Below are positions 57,747 through 64,000 of a stretch of DNA of 64,000 nt, one piece after another (positions within the stretch are counted from its first letter, which is position 1; each line of letters starts with the position of its first letter). Location of the stretch: assembly GCF_009914755.1 (NCBI RefSeq), contig NC_060931.1, one strand, 5' to 3'. A model generated the notes under the pieces. The model was not told the origin of the DNA, did no database searches, and worked only from the letters and a program-made list of their open reading frames with translations. The position numbers and the translations under genes are program-made. This DNA is from the human T2T-CHM13v2.0 reference genome, Homo sapiens.

Positions 57747-59157
57747 CTATTAATGTGGTACAACAACTTAAGAAATACCAGTAAGTAGGAATAGGTAATG
57801 TCTTAAATTAGCATTATAAGATACATCACTGGTATATATGCCAAATAGTTCAGATCAACAGTTTCATTAAACACACCCACACATCCACACAGGTACTCTT
57901 TCTTAAAACCCACAATGGAAATGTTTTGCACCCCCCGCAACATTAAATAAGAAATACAGTAACAGGAAAGTGTCTGAGAAACTATCACTCACAACATGTC
58001 TGTACCAACCTGCTCACACACCAGGTAAGTCCTTCCAAACCCTGACTTTCAGCTCTTCCACTCACAAAGTGGGGTGACTATACGCTGGCTTCACATAGAT
58101 ACTGTGAAGCCTAAATAATGATCACTGGCATGGTACCCCTGGCTTTGCCCCACTCTAGTCAACTCAGCAAAAATCATCTCTTCCAAGCATCATTCTGATC
58201 CTATCCCTGTCCTCCAAAGACCTTGTAGTGACTCCTAATTGCTTCTCATATGAAATAATTACTCTTGCTTAAGGGCCCGGCCCTGTCGTTGGTGCCCTGA
58301 CAACCACCCTCCCAAGTACTCAGGTCTCTTAAGCTGCACCCCTCAATCAAGGGCCTCCTCTACTATGGTTCCCCTCTATCCTCAACCTGGACACAGACCA
58401 TCTCCTCACCCTTCCCTATCATCCTGTGATTCTCCCCTTCAGTCAGAATTCTGTTCATATCAAAAGATAAAGCTTTTCTGGGTAAAACTCACATCGTGTG
58501 CATCTCAACAAGTTATCCAGATAGCTGGAACCAAGGCAACTTTCTATGTACACTGGTAACTCTAAGCCAGGTACGTTCTCTTCCTTATTACTTTCCACCA
58601 TAGTGAAATAAAATCGTAACTAATGCATTTGCCTATTGTTCTTTACTTCATGAAAAATATTAAATCCTTCTAATGTCTGATACAGACTGAGACCACAATG
58701 GGCTAACTGACACCTATCTGGATTACGGTGGGCTTGCTCCAAAAGCATGAGTATCAACACCAGAGGGAGGCAGTGTGGCACAGTGAAGAACAGTCAGCCA
58801 GGATCAGGCTGCTCTCCCAGCTCCATCACAGGCAACACTATGACTGTGGCCACTTACTCAACTTCCCCATGTCTATTTCCTCTACAGAAAATGAGAATTA
58901 TAATAGTATAGACCTTCTAGGCTACAATAATTAAATAATAAATTATACCAAAAATACTTAGCCCAGAGGTTGGCATGTATTTTAAAATAAAAATGATGGT
59001 TACCTTACTTCTCTCATGAGATTATGTAAAACCACATATCTTGGGAACAGAACAAGACCAGTAGCTACCACCTGGTTCTTCTTCCTTTCCTTTGGCCCCC
59101 TTCCTCTCACCCATGGCCAATCGGGAGCCAAGTCATACAGATTAGCTCTCAGGAACA

Positions 59158-59470
59158 GCCCAGTGTGCAGTGGCTCATGCCTGTAATCCTAGCATCTTGG
59201 GAAGCCAAGGCGGGAGGATTGCTTGAGCCTAGGAGTTTGAGATTAGTCTGGGCAACATAGTTAAACTCACCTTTACGAAAATAAAAATAAAGTTAGCTGG
59301 ACATGGTAGCGCCACCTGTAGTCCCAGCTACTCAGGACGCTAAGGTGGAAGGATCACTTGAGTCAGGCATGTTGAGGCTGCAGTGAACCCAGATCACTCC
59401 AGCCTGGGTGACAGACCTTGTTTCAAAAGAAAAAAAAAAAAGAAAGAAACCAAGAAAGAAAAAAAAAAAG
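59158..59470 (+). mobile_element. AluJ
   Basis: ggattgcttgagcctaggagtttgag and ggatcacttgag J-type arms; A-rich tail. Confidence 0.9.
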
Positions 59471-59907
59471 GAATGGCCCAGGTGGGGTCCCGAGATATGA
59501 CTCCAGTCCAGGCCTCTGTTATTCCCAGCCTCCACTGTTTGTGGCACTTCCAAAGTGGCCATCACTTCCAGACCCCCACAGCTCCAACCCTTCATGGAAT
59601 ACAAAGCCCATATCATGCCAGTTCAGTATTAATGCATCTTTGGTCACTCCTCTAGATCTGCTCAGATAGCTTCCATGCTTTCTACCCACTTAGCCTGCTT
59701 TACATACAAACAGGATATTCTGACATCATATTTTTTGTATTTGTTTATAGTCTCTCTCCCTAAAACGTTCCTCAAATGTATCAAACAGACTCCGCGCTTA
59801 GAACCCGGGAAATGGCTATTATTTTCTGCCTGCGACAGTCTCCCCTCCTCCATCCCCATATCTACACGACCAATTACCTCACCTCTTTCAAAAAATGAAA
59901 ATAAAAT

Positions 59908-60490
59908 CTTTTTTTTTTGGTGGAAAAAAACACTTAACATGAGATCTACCCTTAATAGATTTTTAAGTGTACAAAATAATATCGTTAACTATCAGCACAA
60001 TGTTGTGCAGGAGATTTCTAGAACTTACTCATCTTGCTTAACCAAAACTTTATGCCGGCTGATTAGTAAATCCCCATTCCCCCTCCTCACAGCCCCTGGT
60101 AGCCACCACTCTTTGATTCTATGAATCTGCCTATTTCAGGTGTCTCATATAAGTAGAATCATGTAATATTTGTCTTCTGTGGCTGGCTTATTTCACTCGT
60201 AGTGTCCTCAAGGTTCATTCATGTTGTCATGTATGGCAGGACTTTATGGCTGAATAATATTCTATGTATATAAATTTTCTTTACCCATTCAGCTGTGGAT
60301 GGGCATTTAGGTCATTTCCACATTTGGCTGTTGCGAACAGTGCTGCGATGAACATGAGAGTTCTGATACCTCTTTGAGATCCTGATTTTTGGATAAATAT
60401 CCAGAAGTGAGATTGGTGGATCATATGGTACTTCTATTTGTAAATTTTTGTCAGAATCTCCATAACTATTTTCCACAGGGACTGCACCAA
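59908..60490 (-). mobile_element. L1MA-like 3' end
   Basis: aacacttaacatgagatctaccc...tcatataagtagaatcatg...ggatcatatggta reverse L1M 3' UTR. Confidence 0.85.
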
Positions 60491-61761
60491 CACATTTACT
60501 ATCTTACCCTTATAGAAAATGTTTGCCACCCGTGATCTAGTATAAAAAATAACATCATAAAAAAGAAAAGAAAGAAAAAGAAAACTATGTTGACATTCGA
60601 AACACTAAGTTTAAAGAGAAAAGACCTTAAATTTCAAAAACAAATTTGTGTAAATGTCTCCTCACATAATAGCACAGATTTATAATTAATATAATGACAG
60701 CTTATTCCCTTATTTATTATTTCTCTGCTTTGGTTACAAATGACTAGGCAATTAATATCATTTTTTCTTTCCTCTTCTTACCCTGCTTGTCTTCCACCAT
60801 GATTTACTCCCTTTGAATACCCCTCCCATCCACTATGGTAACCAAAATTTGACAGTATTGGTAACATTCCAACTCACATAATTCTGAAGTTTCTTTAAAT
60901 GTATTATATTCAATATGTAGTAAAATATATCTATTGAAATATTTATGAACTTTTAAGAAGGTAATACTTATTTGTTATCTCAAATATAAAATTCAGCTCA
61001 CGTTTCTACTACCTTCCTTCTGAGGTACTTAGCACTGATTCATCCTTGGCAGTAGTCCTATCTGCAAAATTGTACACATGCACCAGCATCTTTAGATAAC
61101 AAATAACATAGATGTGTTCCTTTCTCTTTCAAAATTTGTAGTGTTCATCAACTCAAAATTTCCAGAGTAGTGAGATATAGACAGACTAACACTTGTTATT
61201 AAATAAACTTTTATTTAAAAACTTTAAAAATTCTTAAAGGAATAAAACATTTATTTATACATATACATATAGATATTATACATATTCAAGGCAATAGCAT
61301 GTGAAATCCCAGCAGGATGTTTGTGGAAATTAATGACTTACTCTAAAATTGTTTTGATAGTGAATAGGGCCAAGAATAGCCGAGATAATCTTAAAGAATA
61401 AAGTTGAAAACCTAACCAGATATGACTTATAAAGCTGTAGTAATTAAGATAGTATAGTATTAGCGGAGAATATACAATAATGTAAAAAGAATGGAGCATT
61501 CAGATACAGTCCCATACTGGATTTATGATAGTAGTACCACTGCAGTGCAATAAAGAAAAGAACCATCTTTTTAATAAATGGTGCCAGGCAATCGACATAT
61601 CCTTGGGGAAGAGGGCCAGGGAAGAATCTTGACCTTTACCTTTAGTACCATGCAAAAATATAACAAATTCTAGAAAGATTAAAATGTAAATCTGAAAGGA
61701 AAGCAAACTTCTGGAAGATAACATAGGAGAATATCTTCCTGACCCGGAGGAAAACAAAGAA

Positions 61762-62060
<299 letters not shown>

Positions 62061-62434
62061 TAGATTTTTTAAACAGGACACAAAAAGAGCTATCCACAAA
62101 AGAAAATGCTGATAATTTGTACTACATTAAAATTAGAAACTTATGTTCCTCAAGACTCAAATGAGTTACAGTGCAAGTCACAGAGTAAAGAATCTGTGAA
62201 ACATATAACCCTCAGAGGTCTTGTATCCAGAAAATACGCACATGACTGAAGAAGATAGCCAAATGGCCAATAAATATGGAAAAATGTCATATAACCCATT
62301 AGGAATCAGGGAAATAAATGCTCATTGAAGCCACACAGTGAGATATCACTAAAATAAAAATGGCTGATACCAACTGGCAAAGATCTAAAATAAAACCATC
62401 ATGCAATGATGGCATGAGTGTTAACTGGTACCAC

Positions 62435-63822
62435 TGAGAGGTGACAATGTGCTGGCAGTCCTCGCTCGCTCTAGGCGCCTCCTCGGCCTCGGCGCCCACT
62501 CTGGCCACACTTGAGGAGCCCTTCAGCCTGCCACTGCACTGTGGGAGCCCCTCTCTGGGCCGAGGCCAGAGCCAGCTCCCTCTGCTTGCAGGGAGGTGTG
62601 GAGATAGACCGTGTGGGCAGGAACCGTGGCTGCCCACAGTGCTCGTGGGCCAGCGTGAGTTCTGGGTGGGCGTGGGCTCCGCGGGCCCTGCACTCGGAGT
62701 GGATGGCCAGCACCGCCAGCCCTGGGCACTGAGGGGCTTAGCACCTATGCCAGCAGCTGTGGAGGGTGTGCTGGGTCCCCCAGCACTCCTGGCCCACCCA
62801 CGCTGCACTCGAATTCTCACCGGGCCTCAGCTGACTCCCGGCGGGGCAGGGCTGTCAGGAGCTGGAGCCCGCCATGCCCAAGTCCCCCCAACCCCGTGGG
62901 CTCCCATGCAGCCTGAGCCTCCCCAACGGGTGCCGCCCCCTGCTCCGCAGCGCCCAGGTCCCACCGACCACCCAAGGGCTGAGGAGTGCAGGCGCATGGC
63001 GTGGGACTGATGGGCAGCTCCGCCCGCAGCCCCAGTGCGGGATCTACTAGGTGAAGCCAGCTGGGCTCCTGAGTCGGGTGGGGACTCGGAGAACTTTTAT
63101 GTCTAGCAGGAGGATTGTATATGCTCCAATCAGCACTCTGTATCTAGCTAATCTGATGGGCACTTGGAGAACTTTTATGTCTAGCTAGAGGATTGTAAAT
63201 GCACCAATCAGCACTCTGTGTCTAGCTCAGGGATTGTAAATGCACCAATCAGCACTCTGTCAAAATGGACCAATCAGCTCTCTGTAAAACAGACCAATCA
63301 GCTCTCTGTAAAATGGACCAATCAGCAGGATGTGGGTGGGGCAGATAAGGGAATAAAAGCAGGCTGCCCGAACCAGCAGTGGCAACCTGCTCTGGTCCCC
63401 TTCCACGCTGTGGAAGCTTTTGTTCTTTTGCTCTTCACAATAAATCTTGCTGCTGCTCACTCTTTGGGTCCGCATTGACTTTATGAGCTATAACACTCAC
63501 CATGAAGGTCTGCAGCTTTACTCCTGAGGCCAGCGACACCACGAACCCACCGGGAGGTATGAACAACTCTGGACGGGAGGAATGAACAACTCCAGAAGCG
63601 CCACCTAAAGAGCTGTAACACTCACAGCGAAAGTCTGCAGCTTCACTCCTGAAGCCAGCGAGACCACGAACCCACCAGAAGGAAGAAACTCCGAACACAT
63701 CCAAACATAAGAAGGAACAAACTCTGGACACACCATCTTTAAGAACTGTAACACTCACCACGAGGGTCCGCAGCTTCATCCTTGAAGTCAGTGAGACCAA
63801 GAACCCACCAATTCCAGACACA
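62435..63822 (+). mobile_element. Solo LTR12 (ERV9/HERV9; LTR12C/D-like), 1388 bp, antisense to SLC25A13
   Basis: TG...CA termini (TGAGAGGTGACA ... CCAATTCCAGACACA), 4-bp TSD ccac/ccat, GC-rich U3, tandem CCAAT units and repeated U5 units. Confidence 0.95.
63090..63445 (+). promoter_or_regulatory. LTR12 U3 enhancer/promoter: six CCAATCAG boxes, a GATA site (cagataag, about 63342), TATA-like GAATAAAAG (63351) and AATAAA (about 63439)
   Basis: Motifs read directly and match the established NF-Y/GATA architecture of ERV9 LTRs. Confidence 0.8.
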
Positions 63823-64000
63823 CCATTACTTTGGAAAACATTTTAGCAAGCTCTACTGAAGCTAAATATACATATTTTCTGTGACCGAGCAAGTCTATTC
63901 CTAGAAATGTCTATACACACCAAAAAATATGTAAAGCAATGTCAAAAGCATATTGCTTGCAGCAGCCAAAAATGAAAATGTTCCAAAATGTTTATCAACA

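Noticed and set aside
63090-63330. Regularly spaced repeats resembling a CRISPR array
   Set aside because: These are the known LTR12 CCAAT tandem units; eukaryotic context, no unique spacers or cas genes.
62299-63821. Long GC-rich ORFs (173, 189 and 128 aa)
   Set aside because: They lie within the LTR12 and are expected from its GC content; no gag/pol/env, so it is a solo LTR.

Overview
Primate, almost certainly human, genomic DNA from the middle of SLC25A13 (citrin / mitochondrial aspartate-glutamate carrier 2, 7q21.3), which is transcribed on the minus strand. Nine coding exons (exons 5-13; 983 nt, c.329-1311, about aa 110-437) can be reconstructed by hand with canonical AG/GT boundaries and one continuous frame. 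They cover the EF-hand region, the linker and the start of the carrier domain. Exons 1-4 and 14-18 lie outside the window. Intron 4 hosts the annotated MIR591 hairpin inside a MER5A-like element. The rest is intronic: about 20 Alus (many with readable target-site duplications), MIR/L2/L1M fossils, a nested L1M-L1P-Alu complex, MER5/MER20 DNA transposons and a solo LTR12 (ERV9) antisense to the gene. None of the ORFs in the six-frame track is an intact standalone gene. I find no convincing new biological system. The best leads are a candidate in-frame alternative terminal exon in intron 11, an 86-bp near-perfect hairpin in intron 9, the LTR12 antisense promoter, atypical splice sites, a tail-less TSD-less Alu and a possible ancient reverse-transcriptase remnant. 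Repeat subfamily names and c. numbering are from recall, not from a database search.
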